Assembly (NCBI GenBank): GCA_051599415.1
Contig: AP039713.1
Span: forward strand, 1-64,000
Reading direction: 5' to 3'
DNA: 64,000 nucleotides
Source: Savitreella phatthalungensis
Lineage: Eukaryota
The position numbers were made by a program, and so were the translations under genes. Shown here one piece after another: positions 33,719-44,684 of the stretch. Numbering within the stretch: the first letter of the stretch is position 1; each line of letters starts with the position of its first letter. The notes below the pieces were generated by a model that did not search any database, had not been told where the DNA came from, and saw only the letters and a program-made list of their open reading frames with translations.

Positions 33719-35136
33719 GTTGACGGATACTTTCTACCGACGACATCGCTCAGCTATTTATACCGCGAGTTGCGTGACCGAGAACACCGGGAATCAAATG
33801 AGGCCCATCGTGTCTGCAAACGACGAGAGCGGACAGACCGAGAATCACTATTTCTCGAGGTCTACAATTTCATGGCAATCCATTTCGGTGCGATCTTCAG
33901 TGTCTGTATGAGCTGCCCCGTTCAATGTAAACAAATCGTCTTTTGAGATGCTTCCAATTTTGGCCACCAAAGTAACACTTGTCGTCCGATGTCAGCTGGA
34001 TTCCCTTCGGAGTGAATTAAATTAGTGCGCGACGGATCGAGTGTCCAAAACAGTGACTAGATCCTTTTGGCAGATTCCTATCAGTCTTTGGAATGCTCAA
34101 GAGAGATTCCATCATCCGGGAATTCCAAAAACGATGACTTGAGCGGTCTTCTAGGCTCAATCGGGAATTTGTTGAGGACGGTCATCTGACAGGTACACAG
34201 TCTGCTTCTGTCCATCTTGCCTTGTTCTCTTGAGATCGGCGATCGAGCACACTAATAACGCGACTATTCGAGGAATCGGATTCAAAAGCCAAAAGGATCC
34301 TCGACTATGGAGCATTCAACTGAAGGAAACTTTCGAAGCGCAGTGATCGTCGGATGAGAACACCGGGAACCGAGCTATTGTAAATCAACTGAATGGGCGT
34401 CTTGCATATTGACAGGAATGCTGCATCGGCGTTAGTGGTGATCAAAACTTGGTACAAAGCATACCGAGACACTCGGCCGCGCGCAGCAGCAGCTTACGTG
34501 CGAAGCCGTACGACCATTTCTTACGCTCTTTTGTGTATTTCAGGCAAGAGCTGCATGTGGTTGCAATCCTTCTCGGTGAGCTAGAACACAATATCAGACT
34601 GACTCCCGTATTGCTCATAATCACGAGACGTGTCATCAGGGCCCGATGTTAAGATTTGACTGGCCTGAGCGGAATCAGTGTACCGCGGAGGAGCAAACGG
34701 ACCTTGGTGACCCTCGCCGAAAGCTGGCCTTGTCAGGGTGGGCAAAAGTAAAAAGGAAATGGACGAAAGATCCCAGTCCCAGTGTGCCCCGATCATCATA
34801 GGAAATTGCATCCACAGTATACGTACGTGTATATAGTCGAAGCATTCAATTTGATCTGATTAATTCAATCCATATATTTTATATATAAATTATATATATC
34901 ATGAATGCACGGGGCGATTCTCCACTATTCCACATGTGACCTACACACATACACGATATATCGATCATGAAAACTAGGACACGTCTGTGCTAGCGTTAGA
35001 TCAAGGTAAAGCCACGATCCAACGAAGATATATTTTATCGCCGAGGAAGGAGACCTGTCGCTCGTGACGCCGGTCAAGCAGGTGGCGGATCGAAAAGATT
35101 GATAGTCCAGGGCGCTGTCCTACAGATAGTTGCAAC

Positions 35137-36954
35137 ATGAGTTCAGCCAGGATCGAAGCTATATTGCAAAGCGACGTGAGAATCCTAACCCGAGACTCAT
35201 TGGTCAACAAGGCTAACTCTGCTCAAGTCAAGCACACGGATTCTATCAGAGCGTGCAAAACAGGGAATCAGTGCGCTGCGAGAGCTGAGCTCCTTTCTTC
35301 GCAAGCGCGCATCGCTGGAAGATCAGTATGCCAAGGATGCGCAGCGCCTACGCCGGCAAGCGATCGAGAGCTTTGCCAAAGCTGAAGTCAAGCAAGGTTC
35401 ATTCGGAAAATGCATGCGCAGTGTATTGATGATCGAGGATCGCGCGATGGAGAATACGGCTGGCTTCGCCGGCTACCTTCATGAATGCGCAGAAGAATGT
35501 CAAGAAGTTGCACGCGAGCTCGAGAAGTCGCGCAAGACAATCAAAGAAGCATCAACGCGGGACGATCGACAGGTGCTAGACGACGAGTCTGCCAGAGACA
35601 AAGCAATCGCAAAGTATGAATCTGTAGCAGAGGAGTGGGCTCGTCTCAGTCGAGGCGACCCTGCTTCACGGAAAACGTCGTTTGCATTTAAGTCCAATGC
35701 GAAGCCTCCGAGCTCAAAGCAAATAGATGATGTCCGCGCGCGACTCGATGCCGCGCAAGCCGATCGGAGCGCGCGCACAGCACATGCTGAGCGAGCTCGC
35801 GATGGCTTGCAAAGAACCCTTAGACCACGCCACACGGCTGCGTGGCAAGACCTCATCTCTCAGATCGATTCATACATTTCCGCACAGCTCGCTCGCTACG
35901 GCCTTCAGCTCGAGGAGCAGCATTTGAAAGCGGCGCAGGTAATATGTCCGACAGATTCTGAACACGGACCAGGCGTGCGCGACCATATCAAAATGATAGA
36001 CGACTCGATCGATCTGACGCAGTTCATCCTCAGTCAAGGATCATCCCTGGCTATTCCCCTGGAGCCGGTCAGCCAGCGAAACGGACCTGCTCAGCTCGCC
36101 CCTGCCACACGAACCGCTTCCAGTCCCGATCGGCGATCGCCGTTCTGCATGCCGCTCAGTGACCTCATCGAGCTCGAAGGCAATCCTCGTGGTATTCCCT
36201 ATCTCGTCGAATTCCTGATAGGCCATATCGATGCACACTACCTCGGCATACAGGGGCTCTATCGTATCTCTGCCCCACTTCCAGCCATACAGTCGATACA
36301 CGATGACCTGCCGATAGGTGAGAACGCGTTTTCTTACTTTGCAGCTATGTCCAAAATTGCTAACGTCGAACTTACAGGCCCGCTGATTCCGCAAGATCTA
36401 CCGTCAGAGTTGCTGCGTGACCCGCATGTCGGAGCCAGCCTGCTGAAGCAATATTTCCGCGAACTGCCTGATCTCCTAATCCCAGCCGAGCATTGCGGCA
36501 ACTTTGCTCAGACCTCGCGTAAGCCCTATTCAACCTAGGCCGAGAACCAGCCACTGACTTGTCTCCAAGACATCGCCGATGAGAGACAAAGACGCATCGC
36601 GCTCCACCAGGCGATCAATAATCTTCCGGACGCCAACTATTCGACGCTTCGTTCACTCATCCAGCATCTAGCCAAGTAAGCCTGCAGTCATCACACGAGC
36701 ACCGCACAAGCGCAAATCTTAACCGGATACACAGGGTGATCAAGTTGTCGGAGCAAAATTTGATGACAGCCGATAACCTGGCGATCATCTGGGGCCCAAC
36801 TCTGCTAGGCGACCGCAATCTTAATGATGCAGGTGAGGAGGAAGGATGATCAAATTTCACTATGGAGGGCGACTAACTTTCAGCAGAGGCCTTTTCAGTG
36901 GTTATTGAGACGGCCATTCAGAACTGCGGTCTCATATTTGAGGACGAGGAATAA
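35137..36954 (+). CDS. F-BAR + RhoGAP protein (Rgd1/Rga7-like), multi-exon
   Basis: Spliced N-terminus ILQSD/..LRELSSFLRKRASLEDQY (FCH); GLYRIS, SLLKQYFRELPD, NLMTADNLAIIWGPTL. Confidence 0.88.
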
Positions 36955-37029
36955 AGCGGATTCAATGGAGCCAGTGCACTCGATCTCGAGTGTGGGCTAG
37001 TCGAATGGGGAGAGGATGAAATAGCTCAA

Positions 37030-37941
37030 TTAGGCAAGGTCAGCGTTCTGGGAGCCGGCTGTTGTATGGTTAGCACAATGATCTAACGAGATGCGACAGA
37101 TTACATACAGTTAACACCATTGATCCACCATCCCTGAAGCGGAACCGCAGCCTCTGGGATATTCTGGTGCCCAGTGAGAAGCCAAAGTCCGAATACGCCC
37201 TTTGCGAGGACGTCGAGGACAGCATAGAATCCAATCTCCTGGTCCACTGAGAGAATGGCGGCGCCCTCGGACACACCCCAAGCAATAGGATACAGCGTCC
37301 AAAGGATAATTGTGAAGAAAGCGACAGAATCGTAAAGCTTGGCGACCTTTTGTCCCCGCGTGTTGGCAGAGACGCGGCCGGAGATCACGAGAATGTAAAT
37401 GATGTAGAGGAAGAAGATGCAAGCGATCGCATACCAGCCCCAGCTGTATTTGCGGTTCGCCTCGAGCGAGGCAAACAGGCCAGTGACGATCATCCCGAGG
37501 TCGGCAAAGACGAGGGCGATGAGATCGATGCCGCTCAGACCGGCCAGGAGGGCCAAGTCAAGCAGCAGGAGAGGAGTGGTAATGGTCCAGTCGATGTAGC
37601 GGGCGTAGAAGATTTGACGGTAGTGATCATGACCCACACTGGTGAACGTTGTGCCGGCATGCGTCGCCATTGCGTAGTAAGACATGGCGGCGGTCAGCGT
37701 GATGAAGGAAGTTATGTAGTGGAAAAGGCGCAGCTCTTTTTGCACACGCAGCGCTAGCACCACGTAGCTAGCAGTCGCAAGCAGCATCAGCACAAAGACT
37801 ACCCAGAAGATGTTGTAGCCCCTACAATCGAAATGTTAGCACACAGAAGGTTCGCTTGAGATAAGCAACGACGTACGTCTTGGTAGCCATCTCCTGAACA
37901 ATCGGGAACGGCAGCGAAGGCTTGACAGTCATGCTCGACAT
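37030..37941 (-). CDS. Fungal microbial-type rhodopsin (opsin), 3 exons
   Basis: YARYIDWTITTPLLLLDL, LYPIAWGVSEG, VLDVLAKGVFG with retinal Lys; short introns near both ends. Confidence 0.95.
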
Positions 37942-38908
37942 CGTAAGTTGAATAGAAGAGGTGTCTGAGGAGCAGAATTGTGAACGTTTGGTCGTCTTAT
38001 GACCACAGGTGGGTCGATCGCTCAGGTTTACGTCGACGCGCGAAACGCTAGCGATGGTCGATGACGCATAGTTGGTCATTCGGGCGAAACTGAAGCTGGC
38101 AGCTGTGAATTCAAACAATCGTGGCTATGCTTATTCGAAAAGATCTGCTAATGAATTCTATTCGCTCTATTTTATTGCTGACTCGGGTAGCTTATTGAGC
38201 TGGTACTATTGCGGTTGCAACCATTATATATGATGAAGCTCCGTGAAAGTAATCTGTTAATTCTTCGAAAACTCGAGCGTTGGGAGTACTATTTTCAATT
38301 AATTCACCCGACAGATCACCGGCGATTGGGGAAGCACATGGAACTGGGATTGGCTCTCTCTCTTCAAACGCCCAAGGATCCTGACGCAGGCTCCAAATGT
38401 TTTTGAGCCCATGCGTATACCTGATCGTAATAGGATCGACCTCTAATCCGAGCCGAGCTACGATTACATGAGCCTCGGAAGTCACCTGCCCCACAAGCCT
38501 GACACAAGTTTTACCTCGATTAATTGATATCATATTAAACCAGACCAACGAAACACAGGCCGTATGGATCTACACCCAGCTGAAAATGCGGCTGGCATCA
38601 GTCCACCCGGGCTCCGTCGCATATGCCACCTGTGGGCCATCGATGCACATGCATTAGCGCCCATGCACAACATGGCACATCAATACTGGCACGAGCACCG
38701 GGCACTAGTGCCGTAGTTTAGCCACACCAGCCATAATCTGAATTCAGAGGTCGTCTCCACGCGTGCATACCGAAGCGTTTTCAAAGCTAGGTGTTAGCGA
38801 AGAACTATGCGACCATTTCGCAGCCAGGACCAAGATATTCTTCAGCTTTGAACGCTCGACATAACGATCGGAGGCGACGCAAATCGTGACATTGAGAGAC
38901 AAATCGAG

Positions 38909-39424
38909 ATGCTGCCAACGTACGGAGATTCGGGTACAACATTTGTTCTGATCGATCGACTGACAGACTCATCAGATTCCGCGCCGCCCTGCAGCGCAAC
39001 ATTGGCGGACGACGCCTGATGTCGTCTAATGCATTTACACAAGAACGCGACGCGGTAACTCACCACGCGGCTGGTGCGGCGTACGAACAATCTCTTGAAG
39101 CGATTGACGAAGCACGACAGCTGACATGCCAGTGACCTTTGGCGCAAGATCTCGATCTACGTTGCCATTCCCGCACTCATCATTGGGTCCGTCAACGCAT
39201 GGAACCTATATTCCGCTCATCAGGAGCACCTCGCGCACATGGAGCATAATGAGGATGAAGATCATCCGGAATATCCTTACCAGAACATTCGCACAAAGAA
39301 CTTCTTTTGGGGCAATGTGAGTTCGACGTATTTGCGGCTAATGCATCGATCAATACTAACTTTCTGTCAGGGCGACAAGACTCTGTTTTGGAATGACAGC
39401 GTGAACACGCACAAGGATGCTTAG
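38909..39424 (+). CDS. COX13: Cytochrome c oxidase subunit VIa, 4 exons
   Basis: Spliced ..HHAAGAADLWRKISIYVAIPAL..EYPYQNIRTKNFFWGNGDKTLFWN. Confidence 0.95.
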
Positions 39425-39999
39425 GTGCCATCATTCGTCCTTATATGGAGGGGCAGTATCACCGGCCGCCCATGTGCGCATTGCCACGGCAGCCGACACC
39501 CATTTAGCCTAGCAATGAGATGCCGTTGTTCTGCTTCTTGCAGCGTATCATTGAAACGAATCGCTTGATGGCATGCCTGCTGAGCACATCTTTCGCGCAG
39601 AAACGTAGGTAAAAGCGACACCGATGTTATCATGCGTTGTTCAATCACCTTTGCACAGATGTGCCGCATTACGGATAGGTCCCGTGTCCACCCTTGAGCA
39701 GCATGCGTTACGAACATGCGGCCCTCTCTCAACTCGGCGTACAGGCCGATGCGGTGTAATTGTTCGAGTGCGGCGTGCCATATATCAGTCTCCATCGTGA
39801 ACTCACCAAGATCTATGGGATGGCATATTCGCGAGAAATTGACCATTGGTATCTGTTCTTCGAGTTTGATTCGCTCAGACGCAGCATGCTGGTCGACTAG
39901 TAGCACGCGCCGCGTTTTGAGATCGACAATTACGATGACTTTGCAATCAAATTGGCCCACCAGCCGGTGAGCTTGGTCGATGCGCGTTCCAGCGGCCAT
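39421..39999 (-). CDS. MLH3: MutL C-terminal endonuclease domain only (MLH3-like)
   Basis: DQHAASERIKLE, ACHQAIRFND, CRLPWQCAHGRP; 192 aa; in-frame TGA 5 codons upstream of the ATG. Confidence 0.8.
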   Translation of the reverse strand: MAAGTRIDQAHRLVGQFDCKVIVIVDLKTRRVLLVDQHAASERIKLEEQIPMVNFSRICHPIDLGEFTMETDIWHAALEQLHRIGLYAELREGRMFVTHAAQGWTRDLSVMRHICAKVIEQRMITSVSLLPTFLRERCAQQACHQAIRFNDTLQEAEQRHLIARLNGCRLPWQCAHGRPVILPLHIRTNDGT

Positions 40000-40200
40000 C
40001 GAATCATCAACACGTCAAGCGATTCTTCGCATATCCACATATCTTGTTGCCATTTGTTTTTTTATTGATTTCTTATCGATCAGCACTCTGGATTGTGGAT
40101 TAAATAGAGCCTAGCACAGCAACACCAACGTCACCTAGCACATTGATCATAAATAAACATCAGCTACGTCTGCTTTAGCACGTAAAAGGGGCCGAGCGAC

Positions 40201-41051
40201 ATGGCAAGCGCAATCAGTGGTGTACGAACAGCACTCTCGTTATCGCCATGCGTCGACGAAGCAGATCGAGCACTTGCACACACTGGAATCTTCGACGATC
40301 TCGCCTATTTCGAGCATCTCTTCCGGAACTTAAAGATCAGCTATCAAGAAGAGGAAACGCGCGAGCGATATTTGAAGGAATTGTACTCCCTGGCAATTGA
40401 CAGTGACCATGATGCGATTTCACAGCAAGGCAAGATATGACGCGGTACTCATGCAACTCGCAAGGCTAACAGCCAACAGAAACAGCTAATCAGGACTTGA
40501 AGGCAATGCTTCGAGCATCCAAAGATCACTGCAACGCTCTCCGCGTGGACCTTGCCAGGGTACTGAAAGAGATCTCCAAGAGTACGCCTGTCCACGACCA
40601 ACAAACAGAAGACTGACCTCCAGGCTCCGCAAGACTCCAGGTCGCCATTGACAAGCAGGATCACTTCTGTTGCGACATTGCAGACTTGCATGCTTCTGGT
40701 GCCAGCTTGAGGCATCTTAAGGATGGCAGAGAGCAGGTAAGGATGTCCGTCCTACGAGTGAAAAATGTCTGATTGTTTTCCCAGCAATGCAGCTTGCAAT
40801 CTTTGTCGCACAGGACGACAGAACTTCAAGCTAGAACTTTTGCAAAACGTGGCGACATCACTGCTGTGCGCAAATGCGTGACCGAGCAAAGGGCTTGTCT
40901 TGAAGTGCTAATGACCGCTACTGCAGATGCTGATCAACGGGGGCGTTTGGAATCCCTACCATTTGGGCCCCGCATTCTGCACTCGAACAACTCGACTTTA
41001 CCTGGCAGATATTACCAAGGACTATCGGGATGTTTATCGTTGCTCATGTAG
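40201..41051 (+). CDS. Kinetochore Sos7/Kre28-like coiled-coil protein, 4 exons
   Basis: DLAYFEHLFRNLKISYQEEETRERYL resembles the Sos7 motif; three ~45-50-nt introns give one continuous frame. Confidence 0.7.
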
Positions 41052-41632
41052 TTCGAGCAGGGGTGCGGGACAGTCGTGGCATTACATACCACTTCGATTA
41101 AATGCGAATGAAGGTCGGCATGCGCTGCTTCGAGTTCCTAGCTAGCCTCAGTGATCGGAAATGTTGCGACAAATCGTCACCTGCACGACCTCTCCGAGTC
41201 TGCAAAGCGCAAATTATTTCTCTCGCAAAAGGTTGGCGTACTTTAATTAAATCCCGGTATAGCGGTGACGCTTCTCTGCCTCAGGATTGTAGCACAAAGA
41301 ACATCGGGAAATGACTGGAAACGGACCCACAAATTGTAGCATTCAGCATACTAGTCAATGTGACGTCCTTCTATGGGCGGTCAACGAGTCGGGAAATACT
41401 ATTTAATTTATCAGCTTGTCTTACTTGATCTGGCGATCATTTGTCTTTGTCTGCACTCAACGACATGTGAGGGGCCATGATATGTTGAGTCCTCCATTTC
41501 GCAATCACTATCGCATGGCTTGACAACAATAGCAAGCATGAGACTTGTCAAGGACCATTTCTGTGACCTTATAGAGGGGCATCGCGCAATGCTTCTACCT
41601 ACCCACTGGAGGATACGTAGGAGGACGTCAAC

Positions 41633-42316
41633 ATGAAGCTCACACCCACCAAAGCAACAAGAGGAGTGAGCAAAACGAATAATGCTCCGTTGAAAATCAT
41701 ATTGTCAGATGGCAGAAGCGACACCTATATCGGATTCGATGCTCATACAGGTAATCGTCGTGCGACTCGTCTTAACGCGTTTTTCCTCTACATGGAAGAA
41801 CTACGATGCGATCCAGCGCGAGCCGCCACCTATGCTGCGATTCTAGCCGAATTTCCCGATTGTAAGGTAACGGAAGCGCTTGCTCGATCGTGGCGCAGAA
41901 TGTCCGGCGAAGAGCAGAAAGCATATCACATAAAATCGGATATCGCGAAGTTCAGCAGCTCGATTCCAACACAGGGAAACCGGACACTACAACGTCACAG
42001 CCGGGCTCCTATGTTCAAGCCGCCCACTGAGCTCAGGACGGCTAGGAAGAGAATGCCGGACCTAGTTCACGAAGGGCCTTGTCCAGTGTATGCTCCACAG
42101 ATCGACTATTACAGCCCCGCGATCTATGCGCGAGCCGTTCAGCCCGAGATCGCAACTGCGATCGGCTGCACGACGGGCATCGCAAGCAATTCAGCCATTC
42201 CAGCATGGCTTGCTTACAGCATGTCACCCTCGCTGGACTACACAACCATTGAGCTGTCGCCGCCTATTCTTGCTTCGTCGATGCAGACTTGGCAAGAAAC
42301 CGAGGACTTTGCTTGA
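41633..42316 (+). CDS. HMG-box transcription factor, candidate mating-type gene (matMc/matPc-like)
   Basis: RRATRLNAFFLYMEELR...KVTEALARSWRRMSGEEQKAYH single divergent HMG box; context next to COX13 and a homeodomain gene. Confidence 0.8.
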   Translation: MKLTPTKATRGVSKTNNAPLKIILSDGRSDTYIGFDAHTGNRRATRLNAFFLYMEELRCDPARAATYAAILAEFPDCKVTEALARSWRRMSGEEQKAYHIKSDIAKFSSSIPTQGNRTLQRHSRAPMFKPPTELRTARKRMPDLVHEGPCPVYAPQIDYYSPAIYARAVQPEIATAIGCTTGIASNSAIPAWLAYSMSPSLDYTTIELSPPILASSMQTWQETEDFA

Positions 42317-42577
42317 GCCACAACCATCTTCTAAATCGGTTATGACACGGGCCGAAGTTACCGCTTTGACGACGGCACGCGTAATTGCTGCAAATCCAAT
42401 CACCGAATCACATCACATCATTGTACATCTTGACCAGAGAATTTGTATAGCTCATAGTAATCTTCTGTATAGTTGTTGTCTTGCATCAGTCGAAATGTCT
42501 TGATAGTCATGATGTTTCACAAATGAGGCTTGAAAAGCTCGTCCGCATTGACGTTTTAAGAAGGAAATCTTCAAGAA

Positions 42578-43204
42578 TCAACCTGTCAGCGCCGGACCAT
42601 TACTCCCATTTGTGCATTTGTGCGAGCCCCGGTTGACCTCATGATCGAGCCTCGTACCTTCGCCACGTACAGTATGTGTATCCTCGTCCCGACCATAAGC
42701 ATGTTGGACTGCGGATTGGAGGCCTTCATTGGACACGATTTGCATACATTGGCGAGCTATGTCTGCGTCGATCCCATGCGTACGGTAAAGGTTTGTGGAA
42801 TTTGAAGAAGCTGTTACGTGTTGCGACTGGTCGTGCGTCGTGACAACGCCGGCTAATGCATTGGGTTTGCCCGCGGCAGTAAAATCATCGGAAATCAAGA
42901 GCGCGCCAGCAGAACTGATGAAGAGTCGGTGTGTGATGCTGGCCTGGCGAAAAGCAGAGCGACGCAAAGATGGAAAAATCCGATAAGATTGGATTATGCA
43001 ATGAAATCTTCGCCCAAGTGCTGCCAAGTGGCTGGACTCGCCTCGGCAACCAAAGATTGTGGGCTTTGGCAAGAGATCTTCATCATGACGCCAGCTGCAG
43101 CGGACGCCCGCTGAGAACGAGGCCAAATGCTCCACATCTAAAGTACCGCCGACGCGAGGTGGCGCGCAACTTTTCAGGTGCCAGTTCCGAGATCCTGGAC
43201 GCAT
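42578..43204 (-). CDS. Orphan ORF inside the candidate MAT region
   Basis: 208-aa ATG ORF; no recognised domain. Confidence 0.3.
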   Translation of the reverse strand: MRPGSRNWHLKSCAPPRVGGTLDVEHLASFSAGVRCSWRHDEDLLPKPTIFGCRGESSHLAALGRRFHCIIQSYRIFPSLRRSAFRQASITHRLFISSAGALLISDDFTAAGKPNALAGVVTTHDQSQHVTASSNSTNLYRTHGIDADIARQCMQIVSNEGLQSAVQHAYGRDEDTHTVRGEGTRLDHEVNRGSHKCTNGSNGPALTG

Positions 43205-43425
43205 GTCAGAGTTGATGGTCGTTCAGGTCCTCGTTGAGTCAAATACACAAAAGCCCATCGAGTCTCACCTCATTGGTCATCAATCGCTCTGATCGTGCGT
43301 TAGACTCAGTTTCGAGGTCACTGGGGCAATAATGCACAGCTGGTCATATCAGAGCTACTGTACGTCTGTGTACATGTTCGCACAAGCATTTCCAAGGGAG
43401 AGTTCATTTAAGCCCAATTCGCGAG

Positions 43426-44100
43426 GTACACGACGCCGCCACTCCCGCAATCACCCGGCCTACGTATGACGAGATGATAGCCCTGTATGGAGCTGTCAAC
43501 TAGTATCGTTCTGTGCTAGGGCCTGGTGATGGTGATATCTGGCATGCTGTCTGTGCGCAGCATGCTGCGTCCTCTTGTACCCCAACCAGCCTGCCATGTC
43601 AGCAGAGTTGTGGTCTGTATCACTTATAGCACAGTCGGCGTCACTGCCTAGATTGCTTCTAGTAGGCCTTCTGTGTCTGTTTTTACTCGTCTGTATGTCG
43701 CGGCCGGTCGATGGCCCGGGTCAATTGTATACGGTTTGTACACGACGCTGTCACTTCCGCAATCACTCGGTCTACGTATGACAAGATAGTAGCCCCATGA
43801 GGAGCTGTCAAATAGTATTGTTCTGTGCTAGGTCCTGGTATTGGTGATATCTGGCACGCTGTCTCCATGCGGCGTGCTACGTTCTCTTGTACCCTACCAA
43901 CCTGCCACGTCAGCAGAGTTGTGGTATGTATCAGTTATAGCATGCTCAGCGTCACTGCCTCGACCATCTCTTGTAGTTCCTCCGTGATTGTTTGTACTCG
44001 TTCGCATTTTTCCGTGTCATTCGGTGGACTCCGTCTTTGTCCTCCTGTGTTGTCTGGTTTGTGTCCGTGTTGTTTCGTCCGTCGCTTTCGGGTCCTGCGG
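43426..44100 (+). repeat. Two tandem degenerate copies of a repeat unit (period 312 bp); left arm
   Basis: GTACACGACGC..GCAATCAC..TACGTATGAC..GGAGCTGTCAA..TTCTGTGCTAGG at 43426 and 43738. Confidence 0.93.
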
Positions 44101-44684
44101 TCGTCCTCCGCGACAGCATTCTGTAATTGTGAAAAATGAGACAAATTGCTCGATAGTTGCCGGGGATGTTATTTTCAGCATCAACTTTGTTTGTTAGTAG
44201 TTCTCTGCCTTCAGTCGGGCTTGATACAGTGTAGAGCCTCAGCAAGTGTACTGAGCAAGATGTGGTCGTTTGTGTTCGCCCCTGTCTTCTTATTGTTTTC
44301 AAACATGACCATCTGAGCGCGACATCCCTGTATGATTTCAAAGCAAGCTGGTGATAATGTGCAGTCTATACAAGTATACTGAGTAAAACATGATTGTGTC
44401 TGATTTCCGATGGTTTCCTGTTGTTTCCAAAGATATCCATCTGACTGAGACAACACTACAATAGTCAAATCATCGTGCGGATATTTGCGAAAATGGCAGC
44501 AATAGGTGATTATACGAGTAATTATACGAGTAGTAGTTCATGCGGCGATGCCCGTCACTGACACATTCGTGCGGGAAATCGTCCATGCTAATCACGGAGA
44601 GCGGCAAATTTAGAAATTGCTAGTCAAGGAATTGCTAATTTTGACAACTTGGCTGATACAAGCTGCACAATCACTTTTTGATGG

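Noticed and set aside
34850..34900. AT-rich islands (also ~56730-56800) as replication origins
   Set aside because: Plausible but indistinguishable from TATA or terminator elements by sequence alone
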